A stretch of 64,000 nt of DNA, taken from NCBI GenBank assembly GCA_043228905.1, contig JBHGNT010000014.1:9362001-9426000 (forward strand), given 5' to 3'. How positions within the stretch are numbered: the stretch's first letter is position 1; every line of letters begins with the position of its first letter. The position numbers and the translations under genes are program-made. Below are positions 12,570-25,600 of the stretch, in pieces. The notes under the pieces were generated by a model. The model had not been told where the DNA came from and searched no databases. It saw only the letters and a list, made by a program, of their open reading frames with translations. Source of the stretch: Azolla caroliniana (Eukaryota; Plantae; Polypodiophyta).

Positions 12570-15146
12570 CAAGAAATGAGCCATCTTCGTGTATCGATCG
12601 ACCACCGTTAGAATCGCATTGAACCCCTTAGAGACTGGAAGATCTGTGATGAAGTCTAGAGCAATGGATTGCCACAGCTGGCTTGGAATTGGTAATGGTT
12701 CTAATAAACCATATGGATGATGCCTTGGCATTTTCGCTCTGCAACATGTATCACAAGTCCGAACAAAATCCTCGACAAATTGTCGCATACAGGGCCACCT
12801 GAATGATCATTGTACTAAATGTAATGTTTTAGTACTACCAAAATGCCCAGCTGTATATGTGTCATGGCAGTTTTGAACTACTTGAAGGCGGCAAGAACCA
12901 TTAGGAACATACAAAAGTTCTTTAAAAAAGAGTAATCCATCATGGTATTTGAATTGCCGATAGTCCGTACCCGGTGGTTGCGACTGTGAACACGACGCTC
13001 GAGAGGGATCAATTTGTGCTAGTATAGCTTGGGCAAACGCATCTGTCTTCAAGTCTTCACGTATGGTATCGATAACGCGGGAATCCATGGGCATGTCAAA
13101 GATCTGTGTTGCTTGTAGTCGTGCCGGTCCCAAGATGACTTGTTTTTGGTTATCGAAAGTTGGCTCGCCGGGACGGGGTGCTAGATACGAACGTCGTGAT
13201 AATGCATCTGCCTTCCCTTGGTGCTTCCCCGGACGATATGTAATTTTGAAGTCGAAACGCGTGAGGAAGTGGGCCCACCGAGCTTGACGTTGATTCCACA
13301 CACGAGCATCCTGAAAGTAGGCAAGATTCTTGTGATCACTAAATACGGTGACTGGATGAGAGGATCCCTCCAGAAAATGCCTCCATTGCATAAAAGAATC
13401 CACTATTGCCAATAGCTCCTTATCATGAATTTCGTAGTTAATTTCGGCGGCGTCAAACTTGCGTGAGTGAAAAGCCACAGGATGTAGCTTCTCATCATTC
13501 CCCTGTTGTGACAGAATTTTCCCCAATGCAAAATCCGATGCGTCAGCTTCGATAATGAATGCGTTTTCCGGATCGACATGAGCTAGAATTGGAGCCGATG
13601 TAAATGCCTTTTTAAGACTCTCGAAAGCCATGTCCGTTTCTTCAGACCAGATGAACGGTTGTCCCTTCCTGGTAAGTTGTGTGAGAGGTAGAACGATCTT
13701 TGAGTAATCTTGTATGAACTTCCGGTAAAAATTGGCAAAGCCTAGGAAGTATTGCACATCCTGCACCGAACGCGGAGTTTGCCATTCTACCACTGTTTTG
13801 ACCTTAGCTGGGTCCATGGAGATGCCTTCTGACGAAATGATGTAGCCGAGAAATTCCACTTGGTTGCACCCGAAACTACATTTTTCCAGCTTTGCATACA
13901 GACCATGTTCTCGAAGTCGTTTTAGTACTAATAGTACATGAGAATCATGTTCTTCTTGGGTCTTTGAATAAACCAGTAGATCATCCAAACAGATGATCAA
14001 ACAATCATCCAATAGATCTCGGAATATATCATTAGCCATGTGATGGAAGACTGTTGGCGCATTGGTGAGGCCGAACAACATGACCGTATACTCGAAGTGC
14101 CCATATCTGGTGCAAAACGCGGTCTTCCATTCGTCTCCTTGTCGGATCTGTACGAGGTTATCTGCTCCCCGTAAGTCGATCTTCGTGAAGAACCTGGCAC
14201 CATTGACCCGTTCTAAAAGACTTGAGATAAGGGGAAGAGCATACCTATTCCTGATTGTAACCTTATTCAAGCCACGGTAATCTACAACGAGACGAAACGA
14301 TCCATCTTTTTTCTTGACGAAGAAAATGGAAGCATCGGCTGGAGATTTTGAATGTCGAATGAAACCATTTTCCAAATTCTCCTCGATATAGGCCCGAAGG
14401 ACTTCCAGCTCGGTTGGTGACAAATTGTAGATCGGTCCCCATGGCGGCTCTTTTCCCGGTTGTAAATCGATGGGGCAATCGTACGGTTGATGATGAGGAA
14501 GTGTGTTGGCTTGTACTTTATCGAACACATCGGCGTAATGACGATACTTCTCGGGAAGTTGAACGATGGATTGTCCTTTAGTGGTGCTGGAGGGGTTTAC
14601 TGATATTGCAAAGAGGAACATTTCCTCCATGCGCCCTTCGTTACGCAACTGACGTAGCGAAATGGTTGCCATCTTCTGAGTTGACCCTTGGGTTTGTCGA
14701 CACCGGATTTCTCTTGTTCTCCAATCTATGTCTGGGTTATGTAACTCGAACCACGGTAATCCTAAAACTATAGGATGTTCTGGGATACTAATAATATTAA
14801 ATGATACTACACATGCTAAGTTATCTAGGACAATATTAATGGGCTCTGACTCTTCTATGATATTTCCGGAAGCAATGGAACGTCCATCAATGACTACTAC
14901 AGAGGCTGGACACTGGAGTTTTCTTAGGGATATCTTATGAGCTTGAGCAAATTTCTTATCCATAAAGCAAGAGTTAGCTCCGGAATCTAGGAGTGCTAGG
15001 ACATGTATTGGAGGGGTACTTTTAGTACTAACTATTACTTGGGCTACGAACACATCACTAACTTGCTTAGAGGGAATGGAACCACTAATGGGCTGCACAA
15101 ATCTAGGGCTGTCGAACCAAACGGCTCCTATTTTGGCTGGACTTAG
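12570..15146 (-). pseudogene. pol: Pol of element B, 5' part (protease, RT, RNase H, integrase N-terminus)
   Basis: LLDSGA protease, RT (VDYRGLN, CLDDLL), RNase H (ADASD, DHKNL) and integrase zinc finger. Stop at 12807; interrupted by element G. Confidence 0.9.
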
Positions 15147-16294
15147 TCATTTAACTCTTCTTCTAACTGACTAGGGACATCAAATTTGTTCGCTAGATCT
15201 GGGCTATTAGTACTATTAGGACTATTAGATATTCCTACTGAAATAGGCTCGGGTTTAGTACAATTAGAACTAGCGACTATTTGGTTTACCTGTCTTCGAG
15301 GCCTATGGGGGCAATTTATTGCGATATGTCCTGGTCCACCGCAGTAAAGACATAGTCGATTTGTACGGTGTCGCTGCTTTTCTTCTTCGGATAATGGCCC
15401 TCGACGACGTGTAGTGTCAATCTCCATCGGAGTCGGAGTATTCGCTGGAGGCGCATTATATGACTCCCTCGGAAAAGGTCTTGCTACCACTGAGGCGTAG
15501 GTGGGCTCTGATCTTGGCCTCGGCATCTGTAGCTGTCTTTCCGAACGTCGCTCAAAGAGGCGGTTGTCACATCTCACCGCGCGACTGATTGCTTCTGTTA
15601 AGGACTTTGGCTCTTCGGGGAAGGTCAAGAGTAAATCCTTGACGTCGTTGCGTAAACCATAACGGAATTGCTCCATCAATGCTTGATCATCCCAAGGGAT
15701 ATCGGCGGTGAGTAGGCGAAAATCTGCAGCGTATGCGGAGGCTGGACGGTCACCTTGGCATAATCGTCGAATTTTGTTGATTGCGGTCTTGATGCTGTCA
15801 GTATCTCCGAAACATGCTTTAAACTCACCTAGAAACTCTTCAAAATTGTTGAGTAACGGAGATTCCTTTTCTAATAGTGGAGCGAACCATGACAATGCTG
15901 AACCACTTAACAAAGTGCCTACTAAACCCACTCGTGATGCATCGGTGGGATATCGGGAAGGATGCATTTGGATAACTAATCGTACCTGGTTAAGGAACCC
16001 TCTAAACTGCGATCGCGTTCCATCGAAGTTCGTGGGAAGGCCAATCTTGGGTTCTTTATGAATTCCTTGTGTTCCGGGCCCTTGTTGTTGCATCGCAACG
16101 ATGGTTGCTTCAAGTTGTTGCACACGTAATGCAAGTTCACCATGTTGTTGTTGCGTTTGCTGCTTTTCTAAGGAGATTTGCTGAAGATCCCCCAACAATC
16201 GTTGGTTTTCTTGTTCCAAAGCATGGAACTTCTCTTTCAAGCATTGAAATTCCGAGAAAACAGATTGATATTCTTCAGCACTAATAGTGGCCAT
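15143..16294 (-). CDS. gag: Gag of element B (coiled coil, capsid domain, CCHC zinc knuckle)
   Basis: Intact 383-aa ORF with FDGTRSQFRGF, LSGSALSWF and CLYCGGPGHIAINC. Confidence 0.9.
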   Translation of the reverse strand: MATISAEEYQSVFSEFQCLKEKFHALEQENQRLLGDLQQISLEKQQTQQQHGELALRVQQLEATIVAMQQQGPGTQGIHKEPKIGLPTNFDGTRSQFRGFLNQVRLVIQMHPSRYPTDASRVGLVGTLLSGSALSWFAPLLEKESPLLNNFEEFLGEFKACFGDTDSIKTAINKIRRLCQGDRPASAYAADFRLLTADIPWDDQALMEQFRYGLRNDVKDLLLTFPEEPKSLTEAISRAVRCDNRLFERRSERQLQMPRPRSEPTYASVVARPFPRESYNAPPANTPTPMEIDTTRRRGPLSEEEKQRHRTNRLCLYCGGPGHIAINCPHRPRRQVNQIVASSNCTKPEPISVGISNSPNSTNSPDLANKFDVPSQLEEELND

Positions 16295-16367
16295 GGGATG
16301 AAAGAAAAGAGGAATAAGAGATTAGTAGGAAATGAGAGAGATAGAAGGTAGAGAAATTGGTTCAAAC

Positions 16368-16472
16368 TGTCAGGAACAGTACTGAGACAAAGAAGGAATT
16401 AGTACTAAACGAAGGATTAGTACTAGGAGAGGTGTAGAACTTCTTCGAGAGAAGGAAGGAGTGAGCGAGACG

Positions 16473-16518
<46 letters not shown>

Positions 16519-16813
16519 TGATAAGAAAGATATGTATTATATGAAGAGAATATACAATGGTGGCTAAAAGGCTTAAGACTGGCGTTGAACCAATTTGGTT
16601 CAACATAATGCCTAGTGCCCTCTTTTATAGTGTTTTCAGGAGTAATCTTGAAGCTTCTAGAATGTTCCAGAGAAATCTGGAATATACACTAATTTCCTAT
16701 AATAAAATGTAAATGAAAATAATATCCTACGTATTACAATAGATGGTCTAATGGTCAAGAGCTCGACCCATATAACCTAAGGTCATGGGTTCGAGTCTTG
16801 CCATATCATGATA
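16368..16813 (-). repeat. 5' LTR of element B
   Basis: Matches 3547-3684 plus 5616-5920 and, reversed, the LTRs of element M. Confidence 0.92.
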
Positions 16814-16911
16814 TATCTCCTCTTCAAGATAACCATGAAGGAATGCAGTCTTCACATCTAGCTGCTCAATCGCTAGATTCATACTTGCATCTCAACAAAC
16901 CAAATGGATGA

Positions 16912-17245
16912 TGTAAAGAATCGAGCCTGATTTTGTGCAACGGAAAGAGTAGGTGTGTATATGAGAGAGAGGGAGAGAGATACAAAACTAGAAAATTTTA
17001 ACAAGAATGAACAACCAACAATTACAAAGAAGAGGAGAGGTGCTTATGTAGTCCCTTCTCTCTATACTCTCTCACTACAACTACCTCTTGAGAAAGAGGT
17101 GGAGACTTAATTTCCTACTAACTATGTGTCATAGGACTAACTTCTATGACACATTAGTTATGATACAAAGCAGTGGGGTGTTCACACACTTCACTATTCC
17201 TAAGATGTGTACCCACTCTAAGGAAGTTGAGTTTGATCCTCAACC
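16912..17245 (-). mobile_element. Solo LTR (family F, copia) inserted in A's RT
   Basis: TSD GATGA at 16907-16911 and 17246-17250. Homologous to LTR 57336-57739, which is adjacent to a Met PBS and a copia gag. Confidence 0.85.
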
Positions 17246-17484
17246 GATGACATCTTTACGATTGGAGAGAAAATCTCATCAAAGTAAACACCCTTCTCTT
17301 GCTAGAAACCTTTCACCACTATGCTTGTATCTACGTGGCCAACCATCTGAATCTCTTGTTTTCAGTTTGAAAATCCACATGTTCCTGAGAGTTCTCTTTC
17401 CCTCAAGAAATTTCACCAAGTCATAAGTGTGGTTCTCATGCAAGGAATTTATCTCATCTTGCCTGGCACTATACCACTCCAACA

Positions 17485-18027
17485 TAGCTTCCTCGTAGCA
17501 CTCAAGCTCACCTTCATTAGTCAGCAACACATACTCACTGGCTGGATATCTAAGGAACTCTGTCTTTGTCTAAAAGGATATCTTCACAACTCAACAATCG
17601 ACTCAGTCTTAGTTGTTTTTGGTTGCTTATCATCATTATTTGCATCATGCATGTCTTCCTACTTAATATTATCTGATTGTTGTACACTTACAGGATGTAC
17701 AGGATTTGTGTAAGAAAACACGGGATCTATAATAGCAACACGGTGGGAAGATGACGTAGCTTCCTCGTAGCATTCAGGCTCACCTTCATTAATCAGCAAC
17801 ACATACTCACTGAATGGATATCTAAGGAACTTTGTCTTTGTCTAAAAGGATATCTTCACAACTCAACAGTCGACTCAGTCTCAGCTATTTCTGGTAGCTT
17901 ATCATCATTATTTGCATCATGGATGTCTTCCTATTGAATATTATATTATTGTTGTACACTTACAAGATGTATAGGATTTGTGTCAGAAAACACGGGATCT
18001 ATAACAACAACAGGGTGGGAAGACAAC
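17485..18027. repeat. Diverged ~272-bp tandem duplication spanning the A/H junction
   Basis: TAGCTTCCTCGTAGCA... starts at 17485 and again at 17757. Both units run into AGAAAACACGGGATCTATAA. Confidence 0.85.
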
Positions 18028-19533
18028 ACTGGTTGTTCTTGTTCCACACATAACTCTTTTCATGGTAACAGAGTGCAAGGGTTGAGAATCCTCTGTTGTC
18101 AACATAAAAACCGTAGACAGATCAAAACCTAGCCTCAGGAAAGAATGGACAAAAGTATGGCAAGCTCGCTTCCGACTGAGAAGCTCGACAGAAACAACTA
18201 TGTGTCTTGGTCTTACAAGACGCATCAATACCTACTAGGTCACGAGTACTGGAGTTATGTTGAAGGAGCGAACGAGGTAGCGCCAGATTCGGCACACAAG
18301 GACTTCCCCGCTTGGGAACAAGGAGCGAGCAGAGTGTTGTATTGCCTCGTGTCTTCCGTGCACGACTAGATGTTGGGCTATATCAGAGACACGAAAACGC
18401 TGAAGGAAGCCTTGGAAAATCTCAGAAAGATTTTTGTTGCAAGTACCATGACACGGAAGTTGTAGCTCTGACAAGAGCTCAACAATGTCCAGCAAAGGGA
18501 CATGTTGGTCACCGACTACACCACGAAGATAAAGGAGATCTGCGACACACTAAGGTCCATCAACATGATGGTGGACGAAGACGAGATGGTGCAGATCTTC
18601 CTCAGTGGTCTCACGTAGAGGTACAAGCCAATTTGGACGGTGATATCCACCCAAGAGAAGTCACCATCCTTCTTTGACTTGCAATCGATGTTGATGGTCG
18701 AAGAAAACCATGTGAGTGAGTCAAGGACCACTCACTCGGACAGTTGGATGCTATACATGGAGGCAGATCGGCCCCATGGGTGTGGTGGATTAGGTGGATC
18801 GGCACGCAATAGTGACGTCCAATAAGAGAAGGAAAGAAGCCACAAAGGTAATGTTGTCGAACTGACACAAGCAGGGGGAGTCAAGGTAGCACCGGAAACC
18901 GGCAAGGAAAGGCCGAAACAGAATGCTAGTATTGTGGAAAAAAGCCACTAGGAGAGCGAGTGTTGGAAGAAGTGTACCGATATGGACAAATCCAGATCCG
19001 GCAAGACCAGAGAAGGGAGTCAACAAAGCTCGCACTACAAGGGATCAAGATCTGGAATTGGAAAGATCGGAAAAGGGCGAGCCTTTGTGATGAAGCACAA
19101 GGAAAACTCGATGAAGAAGACCACCTCACAATAGATGAGGTGTGGTACGTTGACTGTTGAGCGTCAAATCAAATGACGAGCTATGAAGAATGGTTCTCAT
19201 ACTAAGAGAAACTAGAGCAACCGGGAGTGGTCGAACCCGGAGACGGCACTCCGCACCCGATCGAACATGTCTATGAAGTTCCCTTAAGTCATGTCGGACA
19301 GAAGAGAAAACTCATGAACATGTTGCACGTTCCGACAATAACAAAGATCTAGGTATCAGTCGGGCAGATCGTAGACCAGGGGTTGCAAGTTCAATTTACA
19401 CATCTCAAGTGCTTTTGTCATGGACATGACAACAGTCATGTCACGATTCGAACTCTTAACCTACTGTATTATAATCAATCAATATGTTTTAATTAACACA
19501 TCCGATACATGGTCATATTACCTTTGTAGATTA

Positions 19534-19888
19534 CCTAGTGTGTGAACTCACCTTGAGAGTGAATAGACACTCCAACGGTCAAGAGTCACCATTAAGTCAC
19601 CTCTTTGTATTCTAGCATTTAGTATGAGTCATAGAATCATATTCTATGACACATAACTTATGAGCTTTCACATTCCCCATGCTCTATGAGCCTTGTAGTT
19701 AATGAAGAGAGAGGGTGACTACATAAAGCACCCTCCTCCCACCTTGTATAGTGTTGAGTCTTTCTCCTTTGTCAATATACTTTTACCTTGCGTATTCCTT
19801 GTCTCTCTCACTCTCTCTTTCTCTCTCATACACACACATAACTCATATCTCTTCCGCTTCACAAGAATCCATCTCTTGATTCTTTACA
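19534..19888 (+). mobile_element. Truncated family-F LTR inserted in the gag of element E
   Basis: Reverse-complement homolog of 57336-57739, ending GATTCTTTACA at 19888. The other end is lost at a deletion junction near 19534. Confidence 0.75.
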
Positions 19889-22626
19889 CCATTGACAAAA
19901 CAAGCTATTAACCAATTGTCCCCTTCTAGACCCGAATTTTGGATTTGGGTTCTAGCATGGTGAACATAGTCTTCTAGTGAGGAAAACTTTCTACTAGAGA
20001 GGTTCATTAAAGCTTGTGTTGCCTCGGTTCGGGAGGGAGGTTGTAGAAATTGGCCCTTGAAAACTGTGACAAAATTTGTCTAGGTATCAAGCAATTTCCC
20101 CAAAGTACGGAGCCCACACCACCAACCGCCTTACCCCCTAGTTCTCGGCCGACATATGCAATCTTTGTACTATCTGGCGTGGGATAGAGCTAAGAATAAG
20201 ACTCCCATCAGCCCAGCCACGTGCAAATTGCTTCTTCGGTTCTTTCCTTTTTGTCTCCCGTAAATGGCTTAACGACAAATGATGGTTCACCCTGTCGCTC
20301 ATCAGGTCTATTAGTCTCACATTGTAGACTAATGACACATGCCTCGAGAGCACTTTGAGATTGCCGAAGTTCGGTCATCTGTTGAGCGGTGAAACTAAGG
20401 TATTGGGTTATTTGCGAAAAATACATCTCAATGGACATTTGTCCAAGAGGATTCCCTTGAGTTCCTTCCGCTTGAGCAGATGACATCGGGTCTTTATTTT
20501 GAGCCATTAAATGATTATTTCTGGAAAAGAAATAGGATAAGGTCAGAGAGATAGTCATAACATCATGTCGTGATGTAAACATATCATGGGCAAACATTAA
20601 TCAATATCATGATCTCATGTCAATACCCCTCTAGACGTATGAGATGAGGTTCAAGATCAGGTTACTATGGTAACACAAAGGTGTTTTAAAAACCATGGGG
20701 GTGACAAATAAATGTCTTTCCCTGATCTCTATATCGATTTTTTCATGGTGGCTCCCCAAGGCTCAACCATGTATGTTCGCGTCATGAATAGTTTATACAC
20801 GAAAAAAATGTTAACAATAAACTATGTTTCTGTGCCCACATATGTGGTTTCGGCTCTTTAAGTCCTATTACGAGGACCCCGAAGTGCACTTAGACCTCAA
20901 GTCTAAACATGTGTTATAGTCATATGTATCAACGATGTCGAGACCTCGAGAACAAATGCATTAAACACTTGAGCCAACCAAGTAGGTTGCTCTTCTTGAA
21001 TGTTTAATGTTTCATGTGTATAAGAGATATGCGAAGCATTTGCCCATATATGTTTTTTTTAAAGAAACATATATGTCAAGAGTCCTTATTTCGCCCTCAT
21101 TTACTACAACTATGTTGGTACGTTACCTAACCTCAAGTAGACTTGTAATTACGATGGCATATGCTAAAGTGCAACCTAATGGTCAAGCCAAATGAGCGCT
21201 CTTTTCATAGTAGGCCCATGTGGCCCATCACATGGTCACGTCATTACGAATGCCTCTCATAAGAATGATCTCATGGTGGCATCGTATCCTTAATGGGGGA
21301 GGGATGTTGGATACATGTGTCATAAGAGCGACCTCACATGAAGTGGGTCAAACCCTACGTACTCAACATCATTATGGCTATTGATGTTTCTTTACATAAC
21401 GAAATATTGAAGTCACCAACGGGGATTTCAACAATAAAAAATTGTTGAAAAAAGGGATGGTGACAACACGATTCTCACAAAAATGTGAGGACGGCCACCA
21501 AGAACCTTTCACCGAAAAGGAAAACATTCGATTTAAAATCACGTAATAACTTATATACACATATGTATATTATCACATATATACGATCAACTACATATAT
21601 AGGTGACCACATATGCCTATATTAAAGAAATCGTTATATTTAATAGCCAAAAATGATGTAATCGAGGCATATACCTCTACGCACACGGGACATCCAAAAA
21701 TAAGGGTCCAATGTAATACGCAATTGAGGTATTGACCTCTTATGCATACGAGACCAAACACATATCATTTACAACAAAATTGAGGTGTTGACCTCATACG
21801 CAAACGGAACATATGTTCATGAACATAATATGTAATTGAGGTATTAACCTCGTACGCATACGACACTCATCACACATTATTTATATGTCAAACGAGGTAT
21901 TGACCTCGTGCACATATGTAAGCGTTTTAGATAACCAATTAAATACCACTACAACATCATTTGATTAATGAAAATAATCTACATATTAACCATACACATG
22001 ATTAGATGGGAGAAGAAAAAGTAGACAAAAAATAACAAGAAAGATTACCGAAGTTCCTTGTTGATCCTTGTCTGCATGAAGGCCAACCGCACAACGATCG
22101 ATCGCCATCCATCGAGAAGATAAGACCAACAAAAGAAACATTAGTACATAGGCTCAGATACCAAATATTAGAGACATGTACTAAAGTAAGCATTAGATAA
22201 GGATAGAATAAGGATAAATAGATAGAAAGGAGAGAGAGAAAGAAGGGTGATGATCCACCCGACCACCCCCGAGCGAAGGGATCGAGACGGACTCGAGCCT
22301 CGATCGGAGTCCCATACCACCATCGTGGCGTCGAGTCGTACCTAGTGCTGGCGCGCTCGCTACAAGAGTTGACCCACCACAAGATAGAGTCTCATCGTAG
22401 TCAACAAGATCCTCAAATGAGGGTAGCTAGGCCTCTATTTATAGCGATACCCAAGGCCCCCAGCCATGTTCACACTTGGCCTAATGGGTTGTCTCAATCT
22501 CGAGGATTTAAAAGTAATCCTCCCATTCTTTACACTCTCGTTTAACCCTCACACTTATCCACATGTATAGAATACTACGGTAAATTGGAGATCACCACGG
22601 GATATTATATGGTCATGCCTGTAACA
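19889..22626 (-). mobile_element. Element E: 5' part of a Ty3/gypsy-like element (LTR, Met PBS, ~1.6-kb leader, gag remnant) inserted in D's pol
   Basis: LTR ~22166-22626 ending GTAACA. Reverse-complement PBS GCTCAGATACCA at 22152-22163. Gag-like remnant ~20510-19890 (KPFTGDK..TWL, DT*TNFVTVFKGQFL). D's RT resumes immediately at 22627. Confidence 0.72.
21660..21920. repeat. Five-unit array of the palindromic motif GAGGT-N4-ACCTC with variable spacers
   Basis: Motif starts at 21664, 21726, 21782, 21838 and 21894 (periods 62, 56, 56, 56). Confidence 0.85.
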
Positions 22627-25600
22627 ATATGATTGTCTGATCGATCTACAAGAAGGCACATCTCCACCCTTTGGGCCCATCTATGGTCTCTCTGACCCAA
22701 AACTAGAGGCTCTTCGCAAATATCTACATGAACATTTGGAGAAGGGCTTCATCCAACCGTCTAAGTCACTAGCTAGGGCCCCATCTTGTTTGTGAAGAAA
22801 AGGGATGGATCGTTGCGCCTATGTGTGGATTATCGTGGCCTCAATAAAATCACGGTATGTAATCGCCACCCTTTACCTCTAATCCCAGAACTCCTCGATC
22901 GCCTTCGTAGTGCACATGTCTTCTCCAAGATTGATTTGCAGGGATCATACAACTTAGTTCGGATTAAACCTAGTAATGAATGGAAGACAACATTTCCCAC
23001 AGGACACAGACACTTTGAGTACAAGGTAATGCCTTTTGGACTCACCAATGCTCCAGCTAATTTTCAACATATGATGAACAACATATTTCGAGAATATCTC
23101 GATCACTTTGTCATTATCTAACTTGATAACATTCTTGTCTTCTCGTCAAGAATTGAAGAGCATACTCACCACATTCGATTGATTCTCTCGAAACTTAGGG
23201 ATCATGGCCTCTATGCCAAGAGAGAAAAATGTGAGTTTGATCGTAATTCCATAGAATTTCTTGGTTATGTTATCTCACCGCAGGGCATCACCATGGATCC
23301 AAGGAAAATCAAGAACATCCAAGAATGGGCCACTCCAAAATGAGTAAAGGATGTCCAAGCATTACTTGGTTTTGCGAATTTCTATCAAGGATTTTTCAAG
23401 GGGTTCTCCGTCATAGTCCAACCCTTGATTGAGCTTACTCATAAAGGGATGTTGTTTCAATGGACTCCATCTACTCAACATGCCTTCGACCTACTCAAGG
23501 AAATTTTTAGCTGGGCTCCAGTCCTCCGTCACGTTGACCCCACTAAGGCTTTTCAAGTTGAAAGAGATGCCTCTGACTTTGCTATTAGTTCCATCTTATC
23601 CCAACCCAATGATGATGGCATCCTACATCCGGTGGCGTACTACTCCCAAAAATTCATAGATCCAGAAATCAACTACCCCATCTATGACAAGGAGCTCGTT
23701 GCTATAGTGGCAGCTTTCACAAAGTGGAGACCTTACTTGGCTGGGGCGCAACATCGGGTTCGGGTAATAACATATCATACAAATTTATTGTATTTCTCAA
23801 CAACCTGTACTTTGAATTGGCGGTAGGTTGGTTGGTCAAGTTTCTTAGCCAACTATGACTTTGAAGTTGTTTTTCAACCAGGGGTACAAAACATGAAGGC
23901 TGATGCTCTTTCACGGCGCTCAGATTTCGAGTTGAGCCTAAGGGATGATGCCTATGCTCAACAATCTCAATGTTTGTTAAAACCATATAAATTCCAACTC
24001 TTTGCCACATGCATGCTCCAAGTCGACTCTTTGCTTGAGGAGATAGCCAAAGCACTCCCCACCGACAAATTCGCAAATACAATTAAGAAAGGTCTTATTG
24101 ATCCGTCTAAACCCAAGAGCACGGAAGACCTTGATCGCTTCAGATTCGAGGGGGGACTGCTTTACCAAGTCCAGCTCTTATATGTTCCGGAGGGCCGGTG
24201 TCGAACTCAAGTTCTCCAAAAGTGTCATGAAGACCCCTTTGGCTAGCCATTTTGGCGTTACAAAGACACTCGAATTAATCTCACGAGGATATTGGTGGCC
24301 TCAACTGTGGAAGTTCGTCAAGGAATTCATCAAGACATGTGATACTTGTGCTCGATCCAAAGTCCTCCACCATAGGCCATATGGGTTTCTCCAACCACTT
24401 CCCATTCCCAATCGGCCTTGGGCATCAATTTCCATGGATTTCATCACTAACATGCCTCTAGTCCACAAATATGACACAATGCTCGTCATCGTAGATCAGA
24501 TTACAAAGATGGCTCGTTTTGGCCCCTATGCAAAGACTATTTCAACAAAAGCAATAACCGATCTATTTTTAAAGAATGTGGTGCGGCTTCATGGGGTCCC
24601 GGACAATGTCACCTCAGATCGCGGACCCAATTTGTCTCTCATTTTTGGCGATGACTCCTTCAAACACTACCAGGCACAAAAGTGAATTTGTCTTCGTCTT
24701 ATCATCCTCAAACCAATGGCCAAACTGAGCAGGTGAACCAAATTCTTGAGCAATACCTTTGGTTCTCGCTTAGCTACTAGCAAAATGATTGGATTGACCT
24801 CCTACTCGCATACCAACTAGGGTCACCCCATTTTTCTCCATATATAGTTTGCATCCTCGCTTCAATATTTCCATCCCTGGCAACACTGTCAACCCGTCAG
24901 CGGAAGCACAAGCTCGTATTTTAGCCAACATTCATCAAAAATTTCCCTCGAGCTCATCCTTGCAAGGGACCGGTACAAAGTGAAAGTTGATCGACATCAC
25001 TCAGCCACACTCGGCTTCGCAGTTGGTGATCAAGTTTGGCGCTTACGTCACCATGTCGACACTACTCGACCTTGCGAAAAGTTGGACTACAAGAAGTTAG
25101 GGCCATTCCACATCATTGAGCGTATCAACCCCGCCATTTTTCAGCTGGAACTTCCTCCACATAACCGGATTCATAATGTCTTCCATTCCTCTCTTCTTGA
25201 ACCTCATCATCCATCCACTATTCCTGGAAGACACTCTCCACCTCCACCCCCAATCGAGCTTTCCATAGGCGAGGAGTATGAGGTGGACAAGATTCTGGAC
25301 TCTTGTTGGCATCAATGACAACTTCAATACTTAGTCCTATGGAAAGGGTATCCATTTCAGAGGCAACTTGGGAGCCAACCCAACACTTGGAGAATGCACC
25401 AGATGTTGTTCATGCATTTCATCACCAATATCCACAAAAACTAGGGAGGCATCTTCGGAGGTGGCCTTAGAGGGGGGATATTATGATTCAAACTATTAAC
25501 CTACTATATTAGAATCAATCGATATGTTTTAACCAACACGTCTGATACATGTTCATGTTTATGTTAGTAGATTATTGTAGATTATCTATTCTAGAAGCTT

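Larger units (their letters stand above)
3547..16813 (-). mobile_element. Element B: Tcn1-like chromoviral Ty3/gypsy, full length, interrupted by C and G
   Basis: TSD TATCT at 3542-3546 and 16814-16818. LTRs 16368-16813 (5') and 3547-5920 (3', split by C). PPT at 5921-5935. Order gag-PR-RT-RH-IN-chromodomain (EYEVAAILDSK..YLVDWLGY..TWEP). Confidence 0.93.
1865..17980 (-). mobile_element. Element A: decayed Tnt1/Tork-like Ty1/copia (3' LTR plus RT-RNase H), outermost host of the nest
   Basis: 3' LTR ends CAACA at 2387 followed by the reverse-complement PPT AACTCCCCCTT. RNase H/RT remnants at 2398-3546 (VALSTTEAEY, LLVYVDDML). The RT resumes at 16814 (QLDVKTAFLHG) and again at 17251. The left LTR boundary (~1865) is approximate and the 5' half is not visible in this window. 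Confidence 0.8.

Noticed and set aside
21660-21920. CRISPR array interpretation of the palindromic repeat/spacer array
   Set aside because: The context is a eukaryotic retroelement leader, the repeats are degenerate, and there are no cas-like ORFs. Kept only as a hairpin array.
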